DNA of 41,013 nt from Chlamydiota bacterium (GTDB lineage Bacteria; Auribacterota; Tritonobacteria; UBA1439): the NCBI GenBank assembly GCA_037133055.1, contig JBAXOY010000012.1:1-41013 (forward strand), written 5' to 3'. The notes under the pieces are model-generated. The model was not told where the DNA came from, did no database searches, and was given only the letters and a program-made list of their open reading frames with translations. The first letter of the stretch is position 1, and the number at the start of each line of letters is the position of its first letter. A program made the position numbers and the translations under genes. This document shows positions 8,966-17,437 of this stretch, piece by piece.

Positions 8966-10162
8966 CTATGTCATGCACCTGGACGCGCCTGCGTCTTCCC
9001 GCTCGAAGACCGTGCGCAGACACAACCCCCACACGAGAACTGCACAGAGCAGGGGGTAATACGTCCACATCAGGTTGTAGAGGGATAGGTTGAAAAAATT
9101 CCCGTCGCGATTCATCGCCAGAATAATAAAAAGGAAAGGGAATGCCCGACCGCTCACCATGCACGTGATCACATAGTATGTAGGGACCAATAGGAGTGCA
9201 TACCAGTAACCAGACCCGTAGGGAAAAATTAAGATGTAGGCAAAACAGACGAGGAAGATCATCACCTTCGCCGCTTCATCCGATCGGGACACATATAACC
9301 TGCGGCATGCCCGGACGGTGATCCCTATAACCAGTATGACCCACCCCCAATAGCTCACCGTCACAATGGAGGACGGCAGGGGGATCCCGATCTTAAGAGA
9401 CACCATCATGAGCGCATCTTTTATAAAGCATCTCGACACCGGACACGATTGCTGCATCTTGTCGGCGCACTCGAGCGCAAGGTTCCTCATCGAATTTCCA
9501 TAAAGGACCGGCTGTGCCGCATATGACAGGAGTAGGACGAGCGCAAGGGCCCCGCACGATCCCCACAGATAGCGGTACTTCCGGGGAGACGGCGAAACGA
9601 GCAGGAGCGAGAGAAACAGCACCTCCGAGGCACGCCAGCTCGCCAGGATCACCACTAGGGAACAAAACCATATCAACCGGCCGCGCAGGAAGCACAGAAA
9701 CGCTCCCCAGAGCACGAGCTGTTCGAACACGGTGCGGTTCCCCACCCAGACGTCGATACTGAGAGGGTTAAAATATGCGAGGAGGCAGAAACAATAGAAA
9801 CCGGCACCGGCCCGTTCACCTGGCATGAATTTTTTCCAGAGCCATCCAAGTGCGATGAGTGCCGCACCTTTGAGCCCCAGGAAGAGATAAAATGCGGTAT
9901 GCCACGTAAACAGTGTGAAGAATGCAAAATAAAGGAGAGAATGCGGCGGATAGACAATCCGCATCCCCGTGTACTGGCCGGCGAGGCGCGTGAGCACCTC
10001 CGCCGAATAAGGGTTCATCCCGGCGAGATATGCCTGCGATGCGTAATACGCATGCCTAAAATCCCACTGATATTCTCCGGTATCTGAGGCAACCTGATAA
10101 AACAGACGGGTAAGATAGCATATGACGAAAAGCCAAAGCAGGCACTTTAACATTCTTCTCAT
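8966..10162 (-). CDS. GT87/DUF2029-like integral membrane glycosyltransferase (GT-C fold)
   Basis: WDFRHAYYASQAYLAGMNPY...YPP after the first TM helix; many hydrophobic segments; visibly lower GC than the flanking genes. Confidence 0.75.
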   Translation of the reverse strand: MRRMLKCLLWLFVICYLTRLFYQVASDTGEYQWDFRHAYYASQAYLAGMNPYSAEVLTRLAGQYTGMRIVYPPHSLLYFAFFTLFTWHTAFYLFLGLKGAALIALGWLWKKFMPGERAGAGFYCFCLLAYFNPLSIDVWVGNRTVFEQLVLWGAFLCFLRGRLIWFCSLVVILASWRASEVLFLSLLLVSPSPRKYRYLWGSCGALALVLLLSYAAQPVLYGNSMRNLALECADKMQQSCPVSRCFIKDALMMVSLKIGIPLPSSIVTVSYWGWVILVIGITVRACRRLYVSRSDEAAKVMIFLVCFAYILIFPYGSGYWYALLLVPTYYVITCMVSGRAFPFLFIILAMNRDGNFFNLSLYNLMWTYYPLLCAVLVWGLCLRTVFEREDAGASRCMT

Positions 10163-10289
10163 GTCATCACACCCCCCCGCGCCGATTTTTAGACAATGAG
10201 ACCAAAGGTCATGGAATTACACTGCAAAGTGCAGCCTGACCTTGGTTGTTTATGCTCCCTTCTTGTGTCTCTGTCAACCGGTGTTGCTG

Positions 10290-11297
10290 CTAATTCACCT
10301 CCTTGCGCCTGAGGCGCTGTTCGTTGATCCTTCGTTGCCGTTCCTCGACGATGGCTGTCCGTTGCCCGGTGTGAGCCTGGTGGGGCGTCACGTAGTCGAT
10401 ACCGGAGTGGTAGTGTTCGTTGTTGTACCACGGCACGTAGACACCGAAGTATGCCTCGGCGTGAACGGCGTCCCGGAAGCGGTCCGGGAACTCCGGGTCG
10501 ACTTTGACGGTACTGAACATCGCCTCGATGAACGGGTTATCGTTGGGGGTCCGTGGACGGGCAAAGAGCTGGGGCATCTTATGATCCTCGAAGACCTGAC
10601 GGACAGGGCGTGCCTTCATCTGACGGCCCCGGTCATTGATGATTTCGGGCCGTTGATCTTCCGGCAACGACAGAACGTTCTCGTTGGCCATGGCTCCCTC
10701 CAGAAGAACCTTGGCCTCAGAGGCACTCAACCAGCATCTGATCCGCCAATGCACGATCTTGCGCGAGTACTCATCCAGCACCATAAACAGGCACAGGTAG
10801 TGACCCTTCGCAGGCGTCAGCAGGTAGCTGATATCCCAGCACCAGCGCTGATTCGCTCCTGTCAGATCCTTGCGTACGGGGGCCACCGAGTGGCCATTGT
10901 GCCGGCGATCCTTCCCTCGCAAGCCCATCAGGCCGACAGCTTTCAGCACCCGGCATGTGGTGCTGAACGAGACAAAGACCAGCCCCTTGTCCCACGCGGT
11001 AACCGTGAGCTCACGATGCGACAGATCCACCAGGTCTTCCCGTCGAGCCAACGCCACCACCGCCTCCCGTTCAGCCGGCAAGAGTCGATGAAGAGGCCAT
11101 TCTGGCCCCGGCTTTCCGTTCTCCAGGCTGTCTCCGGCCCGGCGTGTTCGCTGCCACCGCGTGATACGGCTGCGATGCATCATCAGCCGCGAGCAACTTC
11201 GGCGGCAGGAAACGCCCTGCACAGTGGCCTCCTCGATCAGACCCAGCATATCCATCTTCGTCTCCGTCGCGAGCCATTCGCCGGTTATCTCGCCCAC
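10290..11297 (-). CDS. IS3-family transposase OrfB (DDE integrase core)
   Basis: WCWDISY, IINDRGRQM, PNDNPFIEAMFSTVK (DDE triad), WYNNEHYHSGI. Confidence 0.92.
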   Translation of the reverse strand: MGEITGEWLATETKMDMLGLIEEATVQGVSCRRSCSRLMMHRSRITRWQRTRRAGDSLENGKPGPEWPLHRLLPAEREAVVALARREDLVDLSHRELTVTAWDKGLVFVSFSTTCRVLKAVGLMGLRGKDRRHNGHSVAPVRKDLTGANQRWCWDISYLLTPAKGHYLCLFMVLDEYSRKIVHWRIRCWLSASEAKVLLEGAMANENVLSLPEDQRPEIINDRGRQMKARPVRQVFEDHKMPQLFARPRTPNDNPFIEAMFSTVKVDPEFPDRFRDAVHAEAYFGVYVPWYNNEHYHSGIDYVTPHQAHTGQRTAIVEERQRRINEQRLRRKEVN

Positions 11298-11653
11298 GAA
11301 CCCCCATTCGTTTTTTTTCGCATGATCGCCAGTTCGACGCTCAGATCCGCCATCGCCCGCTCCTTGGCCTCCAGTTCCTGCTTGAGCGCCGTGTACTCGT
11401 CCATCGACACGGTCTTTGGTTTCGGGCCCGGCCTGGCCTTCAGCCGCTCCAACGCACCCTCCTTGACGTGTTCCCGGATACGGGCAAGGTCCGAGGAATA
11501 CAGCCCCTCCCGCCGCAGCAACTCACCGAGCTGCTGCTCGCCTCTTTCGGCTTCCAGGAACAACTGGTATTTCTTCTCCGCCGACAGGTACCGTCGTGTG
11601 CCTGTCACCTTCGCCTTGCCCTCATCCTGTGTCTTGTGCTCGATATCACTCAT
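11285..11653 (-). CDS. IS3-family transposase OrfA (HTH plus coiled coil)
   Basis: RRYLSAEKK..GELLRREGLYSS; AGAGGAAGG RBS before the ATG at 11653; ends RKKT over the A8 tract. Confidence 0.88.
   Translation of the reverse strand: MSDIEHKTQDEGKAKVTGTRRYLSAEKKYQLFLEAERGEQQLGELLRREGLYSSDLARIREHVKEGALERLKARPGPKPKTVSMDEYTALKQELEAKERAMADLSVELAIMRKKTNGGSWAR
11311..11318 (-). promoter_or_regulatory. Putative -1 programmed frameshift site (A8) fusing OrfA and OrfB
   Basis: The minus strand reads CGA AAA AAA ACG. A -1 slip gives ...K N E W G F V G E I T, in frame with OrfB. Confidence 0.75.
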
Positions 11654-11826
11654 GGAATCGCCTTCCTCTTTGCGGCCAAGCGTTCCCCCGGCTGGCTTCG
11701 GTCGCCCTCCGGGCTCCCTGCGCCAGCCGGGGGAACGCATCCCTCAACCATGTAGTGTAATTGTTCCAGCTCTTGGAGTCACGATCTCAGAAACGGCGGG
11801 GAACACTGCCTGATATTCTCAGGTTT

Positions 11827-11922
11827 GCTTCATCGATTTCTCGCGCGGGAAGGGGTCCGTCCCCGGAAGCGAAAGCGGCGACGGCGAGGAGTGACCCCGC
11901 GCCGTCCGTGAGATGTGCGCGC
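11827..11922 (+). repeat. 96-bp direct repeat, copy 2 (orphan 3' end of the 7363-8823 gene)
   Basis: Encodes the same FIDFSRGKGSVPGSESGDGEE* tail; 2 mismatches to copy 1. Confidence 0.95.
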
Positions 11923-11948
11923 CGTCGGCCGCATTCCCCGAAGGCCTC

Positions 11949-13085
11949 TCACTCCTCCCGCGTGACGATCTCCGCGAGGCGGTCCCCAAGGAGCGACAGG
12001 GAGAAGTGCTCCTCGGCGAAGCGGCGGGCCCTCCGCCCCATCGCCTCCCGCAACACCGGGTCCGCGGCAAGCGCGGTCATCGCCCTGACGAACTCCCCCC
12101 TGCTCCCCGCGAGGAACCCCTGCACCCCGTCCGCCACCAGGCGCCTGAGTTCGGCGGTGGGGCTCGCCACCGTGGGAAGCCCGGAGGCGAGGTACTCGAA
12201 ATATTTCGTCGGGCTCTTCGAGTTCACCCAGTCATTCTCCGCCTGCACGAGGGGAAGGAGCCCCACGTCGATCGAATGGAGGAAGGCGGGCATTTCCGTG
12301 AATAGGATCCAGTCGCTCACGGCGATGTCGAGCGTCCCGTACCGCTCCGCGACGAGCGCCTTGACCCTCCCCATCTGCTGCCCCGCACCGGCGATCTTGA
12401 GCGAAACGCCGGGGACCGTGCGCGCGGTCTCCGCGAAGCAGTCGAGCATGAACGCCATGTTCTCGTACATGAGGTCGCCCCAGACGACCCCGTTCCATCC
12501 GAAGACAACCGGGGAGCGCGGGGGGCGCGGGGCGGGCGTGAAGCGCGACGTGTCCACGCCGGTGGGCACGAGGTGAATCTCCCGGTTGAAAACGGCAAGC
12601 CTGTCGGCGAGCAGTTGGGAGGAGACCACGCAGCACTGCGCGCGCCGCGCGACCTCCGCCAGAATCGGCCGGTACTCCGCATGCCCCCAGAAGAACCTGT
12701 TCAGGGACGGCCTTTTGAACAGGCAGTGGATCCCCTCGTCCCAGTCGTCGTAGTCGAGGATGTACCTATTGAGGCCGAGGCGGGCCATCAGGAATGGGGC
12801 GGCGGCGTGGTAGTGGATCTTCTGGATGTACAGGAGGCTGCCCGGCTCGCGAAGGAGTCTCCCGAGCGCCGCAAGGTTCATCCAAAGCTTCTCGCGGTCC
12901 CCCCGGTCCCACATCTCCACCTCGGAGAGCCCGCCGCTCAGATGATCCCTGAACGACAGCACCGCGGTTGAAATGCCGTGTTTCGCGAGCTCGCGGGCGA
13001 AATCGTAGCAGCGGACCCTCACAAACGGATAGTCGCGGCCGCTCAGGCCGATGAACAGGACTCTCCGGTTACTGCCGTCTGGCAT
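11949..13085 (-). CDS. Family 4 glycosyltransferase (GT-B)
   Basis: PTGVDTSRF, KSPTKYFEYLASGLPTVAS, LREAMGRRAR. The start could instead be the in-frame ATG at 13130. Confidence 0.88.
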   Translation of the reverse strand: MPDGSNRRVLFIGLSGRDYPFVRVRCYDFARELAKHGISTAVLSFRDHLSGGLSEVEMWDRGDREKLWMNLAALGRLLREPGSLLYIQKIHYHAAAPFLMARLGLNRYILDYDDWDEGIHCLFKRPSLNRFFWGHAEYRPILAEVARRAQCCVVSSQLLADRLAVFNREIHLVPTGVDTSRFTPAPRPPRSPVVFGWNGVVWGDLMYENMAFMLDCFAETARTVPGVSLKIAGAGQQMGRVKALVAERYGTLDIAVSDWILFTEMPAFLHSIDVGLLPLVQAENDWVNSKSPTKYFEYLASGLPTVASPTAELRRLVADGVQGFLAGSRGEFVRAMTALAADPVLREAMGRRARRFAEEHFSLSLLGDRLAEIVTREE

Positions 13086-13884
13086 ATGCAATGATGTCCC
13101 TGAAGTCCCTGCCCCGCTCATGATAGTCATGGATAAAAGACTCCGTCATCCGATAGCCCCCTTCTACCAGTGCCCGGGCAAGGGTCGACTCGCTGAAGAA
13201 CTGGAGATGATCCCTGTCGTCGAAATCGGGGAGGATCGGCGTTTCGACGATCAGACGCCCTTCGGGAACGCTCCATTTCCTCATTCTCCGCACCACCGCG
13301 ACCGGGTCGCGGAGGTGTTCAAGCACGTGCGACATGACCACGAGATGAAAGTGGCGTCGCGGAAACCGCACCGTTTCTATCGCACCCACGGCGATCCGCA
13401 ACCCGCGGCTCCGGCCCTCCGTGGCCATATCCTCACCAATCTCGACGCCGGTCACTTCCCATCCCCTCCCGGCGAGAATCTCCATCTGTTTCCCCTCCGC
13501 GCACCCGACCTCCAGCGCTCTCCTGGGGGCACCGATTTGACATTCGTATTCGGGAAGGAACCGCTCGAATATGCCGGATCGGTCTTTCACCCAACTCTCG
13601 CTCCAGGTGATGCCCCCGGGCTGGTTGAACTGCCGCTTCCTCTGTTCAAGGTAGCCGCTGTGATACCTTCCAATCAGTTCCTCGATGGGGGGGCCGTCGA
13701 GGGCGAAGACCATTCCGCAGGCAGTGCAGCGGCCGCAGCGGCCGGCGCCGCATTGTTCCCACTGCCCGCCCCCGCAGACGGTGCACTGTGTCCGCGGCAC
13801 CCGCACCGCCGGCGCGCCGGTGATTTTCCCGAGAACACGGAGACCGTATGCGATCACCCTCCTCACCCGCGCGTGCAGTTCCAT
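13069..13884 (-). CDS. Class I SAM-dependent methyltransferase with an N-terminal Cys-rich (Zn-ribbon-like) segment
   Basis: CTVC...CTACG; LEVGCAEG; GVEI; SHVLEHLRDP; GRLIVETP. Confidence 0.85.
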   Translation of the reverse strand: MELHARVRRVIAYGLRVLGKITGAPAVRVPRTQCTVCGGGQWEQCGAGRCGRCTACGMVFALDGPPIEELIGRYHSGYLEQRKRQFNQPGGITWSESWVKDRSGIFERFLPEYECQIGAPRRALEVGCAEGKQMEILAGRGWEVTGVEIGEDMATEGRSRGLRIAVGAIETVRFPRRHFHLVVMSHVLEHLRDPVAVVRRMRKWSVPEGRLIVETPILPDFDDRDHLQFFSESTLARALVEGGYRMTESFIHDYHERGRDFRDIIAYARRQ

Positions 13885-13913
13885 CGCCGCCTATCCATTG
13901 CCCGACGGCGCCC

Positions 13914-15116
13914 TTATCGTCCAGAGAGGCGCCGTTGCAGCATGCCGATGCTCCGGCGCAGCCAACCGCCCCTGCCCTCGGCGGACTGTTTCGCCAGATG
14001 TTCGCGATAACGCCGGTGGACATCCTGATTGAGCCACCAGTCATCACAGCACCTCGCGCAGTTGATCGCGGCAAAATACTGATCCGTTTTCGAGAGTGTC
14101 GCGGCCTTCCTGCGGAATTCCGCGTAGCCGGCCGACTGCCAGATTTTCCTAAAACTCTGCGCATGGACGGAGCCCAGGGGAAATCTGTCCGCCTTGCAGC
14201 AGGGAACCACGTCGCCGTTCGCAAGGATCCGGCACTCGTACCACCCCATCACGCAGGACAGCGAATCGATCAGATCCGAGTGGTAGATCCCCTCCTCCGC
14301 CCTGCTGTTGCGGACTTTCGTGATGAACTGATCGAAGCCGAGCAGGTTCGGCTGCCACGGCCTGAGAGCCCCCTGCAACTCCACACTGCAGCGGTTCAGC
14401 GCCGCAATGACAAACGCAATTTCCGCTCTGTTGAGGAGGAGATGTTTCAGGAACCCGCTCTCCACGTCGACCGGTTGGAACCAGCACTGGCTCGCTCCGA
14501 TTTCAATCGCCAGCCGGACCATCAATTCCACCTGTCGCACATTCTGGTTGCAGATCACGTTCATAATCACAAGCTCCATGGGGCGGCCGGCCGGGGAGAG
14601 GCGGCCTGCGGCCTTCAGGAGCGATAGTATCCTGCCGAAGGAACCCCTCGCGACGCCTGGATGCATGCGGGAGTAGATCTCCTCGTCCGCCGCCCACAGG
14701 CTCACCACAAGGCGGTCAACCCCGGCGGAGACAATCCGGCGGATCGTTTCTTCATCGGCCAGGGTGAGGTTGCTGATCAGCGTGATCTTGATGCCCCTCT
14801 CCGCCGTTTCGCGGAGGACGCTGAAAAGGTCCGGATACAGGAGCGGGTCCCCCCCCCCGCTGTAGATAATCCGCTCCACCCCCATCGCGGCGGCATCCTC
14901 GACGATATGCCGCACCATCTCGTAGGGAAGGGATAACCGCGTCGCCCAGTGGGGGAGAACCGCGGGGGGGGGGATAAGGGGGGGGCGGTGCCCGCAGCAG
15001 AGGCAGGGGGGCGTGCATGGGGTGGTGAGGGCGATATGAAGCTGCTCGGGGCCGCAAAGCGCCCGTGCGCCGTCCGCGATCCCGTCCAGCCTCATCTGCG
15101 TGCGGTCGGGCAGCAT
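13914..15116 (-). CDS. Radical SAM protein with SPASM/twitch domain
   Basis: CTPPCLCC (CxxxCxxC), SGGGDPLL, and C-terminal CVMGWYECRILANGDVVPCC...CARC. Confidence 0.85.
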   Translation of the reverse strand: MLPDRTQMRLDGIADGARALCGPEQLHIALTTPCTPPCLCCGHRPPLIPPPAVLPHWATRLSLPYEMVRHIVEDAAAMGVERIIYSGGGDPLLYPDLFSVLRETAERGIKITLISNLTLADEETIRRIVSAGVDRLVVSLWAADEEIYSRMHPGVARGSFGRILSLLKAAGRLSPAGRPMELVIMNVICNQNVRQVELMVRLAIEIGASQCWFQPVDVESGFLKHLLLNRAEIAFVIAALNRCSVELQGALRPWQPNLLGFDQFITKVRNSRAEEGIYHSDLIDSLSCVMGWYECRILANGDVVPCCKADRFPLGSVHAQSFRKIWQSAGYAEFRRKAATLSKTDQYFAAINCARCCDDWWLNQDVHRRYREHLAKQSAEGRGGWLRRSIGMLQRRLSGR

Positions 15117-15118
15117 GC

Positions 15119-17434
15119 CTAAATCCAGTCCTCGCGGGAGAACGCAATCACGGAGAGCGAATGTTTCGGCAGTCCGAGCCGAAGCATACCGTCACCCCCG
15201 CGGTTCTCGCGGGCGCGGAAGCTGCGCTCCCAGGACGTAACCTGGTGGGGGCCTGGCAGGGTGCTGCTGCAGTCCGGCGTCTCGGCTTGCACAACCCTCA
15301 TGGTATAGTGCCTCGCGTCGAACCCCCTGATGTCGAGCCGCATGTCGAGCGGGGCGTGGATGCTCCGGTTGATCACGGAGAGCGCCAGTTTCTTTCCCTC
15401 CGCGTCCTTGACCCCCACCACGTCGCAGGGAAGGACATGCTCATTCGCGGGGACAAATCCGAGGGCCGGGGTCGCGCATTCTGCCGCCGCGGCGTGCGTG
15501 TGCACGAGCGTGGCGCCCGCGAACCTGTTGCAGAGGTCGTGCATGAGGGACTGGGGATGGCGCAGCGGCATCCCCTCCCCATCCTGCGGGCTCACAAGGC
15601 TGGAGAAAAGAGGGTGAGAAAGCGTCATGCGGGCCGAGAGGAACAGCTCGGGCCTCCTGAGGCACGCATGGAGGACACCCGCCTCGTACAGGGCGGCGGC
15701 GAAGGTGTGGTTCCTCCCCCACTCCACCGAATCCGGACAGCGGTCATGCATCTGATGCGTCCCGTGCACCACGTTCGGCACGTTCGTAAAATTGCAGCCG
15801 TACTCGCTCAGGGCGATGGGAATATCCTTCTTACCAGTGATTCTTCCGGCCTGCGCCGCCAGCGCCTCGAGGCTGCGCTCGACGAACTGCGGGGCCGCGA
15901 TGAGCGCCGCCCACGTGTCGTCCTCGGTGGGAATATGATAGTCGAGGGTAATGTTCAGGATCGGAAGAGAGGCATGGTGGATCGACAGGAAATCGAACGT
16001 CTCGGGGGGAAGGGCGAAGATCGCCTCGTTCCAGCGCGGGTCGCGGTACCGGGTGAACGCGCCGTTTTCGAGGCAGCACTGCACGCCGATCCTTGCCGAG
16101 GGGTCCGCGCCCCTGACGGCGCGGGAGAACTCCCCGCAGGCGCGCGCGTAGCGCTCGGGGGTCCAGGGGAAATCGACCCCGAGGGGATGGAACTTGTCGT
16201 AGTAGAGCTCGTGCCCTATTTCAAGATAAAGCGGCCCCCGGTAGCGCTCCCTGACCCAGGAGACCCATCCCGCGGCCTCTTCCGGCGTGCCCGTCCCCGC
16301 GTTGAGCGTGAGCATCGGCGCCGCGCCCAGCGCGCCGCACATCTGGAGAAACTCGGCCGGGCCGAAATGGGGATAGAGCTTCGGTTTTTTAAGGTCCGTT
16401 CCGAACACCTGCGGCGTTCGGGATTCCCCGACCGCCTCCCGCCAGTGGAAGTAGTCCGCGTGCTGCATTCCCGGGTACCGGAGCAGCCTGAAGCCGAAAG
16501 GCTCGATGGCGGCGAGAGCGGACGCATTGAGCCGCTTCCCGGGGCGGTCGCACAGCCAGAAACCGTCGCCGAACATATCGACGTTGCTGCCGAAGATCGT
16601 TTCCGGGATCCGCCGCAGCTCCCTCCCCGCATCCACCGTCACGAGGGCGGGCACGGGGGTGTACGCCTCCTTCCTCACCACAGGGCCGAGCGCGAGCTTC
16701 TCCCGGTATCGCTCCTTGTACGCGGCGACGACATCCCCCGGGAGGCCCATCGCCTCCGCCCTGCCGTGCTCGAACCAGATGGCGCTCGAGCAGATCTCCT
16801 CGACCTTGAGGAGATCGTGCGAGACGAACACGATCGTCTTCCCCTCGTCCTCGCAGAACTTCCGCATCGTCCGGAAGCATTTGGTCTGGAAGGAAAGGTC
16901 GCCGACCGCCATGACCTCGTCCATGAGGAGGATGTCGAAGGGGACCATGACGGCGATGGCGAAGCCGAGGCGCATGTTCATGCCGGCCGAGTAGGTCGCG
17001 AGCTTCGCGTTCATGAACTTGCCGAGGTCGGCGAACTTGACGATGTCGTCGTAGATACGGTCTATCTGGGCCTTGGAGAGGCCGAGGATGGCGCCGTTCA
17101 GGTAGACGTTCTCCTGGCCCGTGAGCTCGAAGTTGAACCCCGCCCCGAGGGAGAGGAGCGAGGAGACCTTCCCGTTGGTGAAGACCTCTCCCTCCGTGGC
17201 CGACGACACCCCGGCGAGAATGGTCAGGATGGTGCTCTTCCCGGACCCGTTCGGCCCGATGATGCCGATGCACTCGCCCTTCTCCATTGAGAATGAGATG
17301 CCGTCCAGCGCCCAGAACTCCTGCGCCTTCCCCTGGGAGACGAGAAACGGCAGGATGTTCTTGATGAGCGCGGGCTTCTCGAAATAGACCCGGTATTTCT
17401 TCCGGAGATCCCTGACCCTGATGCTGTAGTCCAT
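15119..17434 (-). CDS. wzt: Polysaccharide ABC exporter ATPase (Wzt/TagH-like) fused to a C-terminal GH51-like glycoside hydrolase domain
   Basis: FWALDGISF, Walker A GPNGSGKS, ELTGQENV, YSAGM, Walker B LLMDE, VSH. These are followed by about 510 aa with RYPG..AD..HW, FGPAEFL..C, NAGTGTPEEAAGWV, EIGHE, LSEYG, VINR and LPKHS. Confidence 0.88.
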   Translation of the reverse strand: MDYSIRVRDLRKKYRVYFEKPALIKNILPFLVSQGKAQEFWALDGISFSMEKGECIGIIGPNGSGKSTILTILAGVSSATEGEVFTNGKVSSLLSLGAGFNFELTGQENVYLNGAILGLSKAQIDRIYDDIVKFADLGKFMNAKLATYSAGMNMRLGFAIAVMVPFDILLMDEVMAVGDLSFQTKCFRTMRKFCEDEGKTIVFVSHDLLKVEEICSSAIWFEHGRAEAMGLPGDVVAAYKERYREKLALGPVVRKEAYTPVPALVTVDAGRELRRIPETIFGSNVDMFGDGFWLCDRPGKRLNASALAAIEPFGFRLLRYPGMQHADYFHWREAVGESRTPQVFGTDLKKPKLYPHFGPAEFLQMCGALGAAPMLTLNAGTGTPEEAAGWVSWVRERYRGPLYLEIGHELYYDKFHPLGVDFPWTPERYARACGEFSRAVRGADPSARIGVQCCLENGAFTRYRDPRWNEAIFALPPETFDFLSIHHASLPILNITLDYHIPTEDDTWAALIAAPQFVERSLEALAAQAGRITGKKDIPIALSEYGCNFTNVPNVVHGTHQMHDRCPDSVEWGRNHTFAAALYEAGVLHACLRRPELFLSARMTLSHPLFSSLVSPQDGEGMPLRHPQSLMHDLCNRFAGATLVHTHAAAAECATPALGFVPANEHVLPCDVVGVKDAEGKKLALSVINRSIHAPLDMRLDIRGFDARHYTMRVVQAETPDCSSTLPGPHQVTSWERSFRARENRGGDGMLRLGLPKHSLSVIAFSREDWI

Positions 17435-17437
17435 GGT

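Larger units (their letters stand above)
10180..11798 (-). mobile_element. IS3-family insertion sequence (ends approximate)
   Basis: orfA/orfB pair with an A8 slippage site. Imperfect terminal inverted repeats at 10180-10226 and 11751-11798, with core aattacactgca / tgtagtgtaatt matching 11/12. No target duplication recognised. Confidence 0.85.

Noticed and set aside
10242..11813. 523-aa plus-strand ORF
   Set aside because: Antisense shadow of the IS3 orfA/orfB, with no independent motifs.
8756..11922. 96-bp repeats as the IS target-site duplication, or as a composite transposon or integron cassette
   Set aside because: Far too long for an IS3 duplication and not adjacent to both IS ends. 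There is only one IS copy, and no attC-like structure or integrase was recognised.
14940..15035. Diversity-generating retroelement variable region
   Set aside because: The apparent changes are mostly A>C rather than A>N, and neither a template repeat nor a reverse transcriptase is present in the window.
15065..17290. 741-aa plus-strand ORF and other long antisense ORFs (e.g. 5258-7357, 20924-22597, 38070-39740)
   Set aside because: They lie opposite well-supported genes, are expected in high-GC DNA, and show no recognisable domains.
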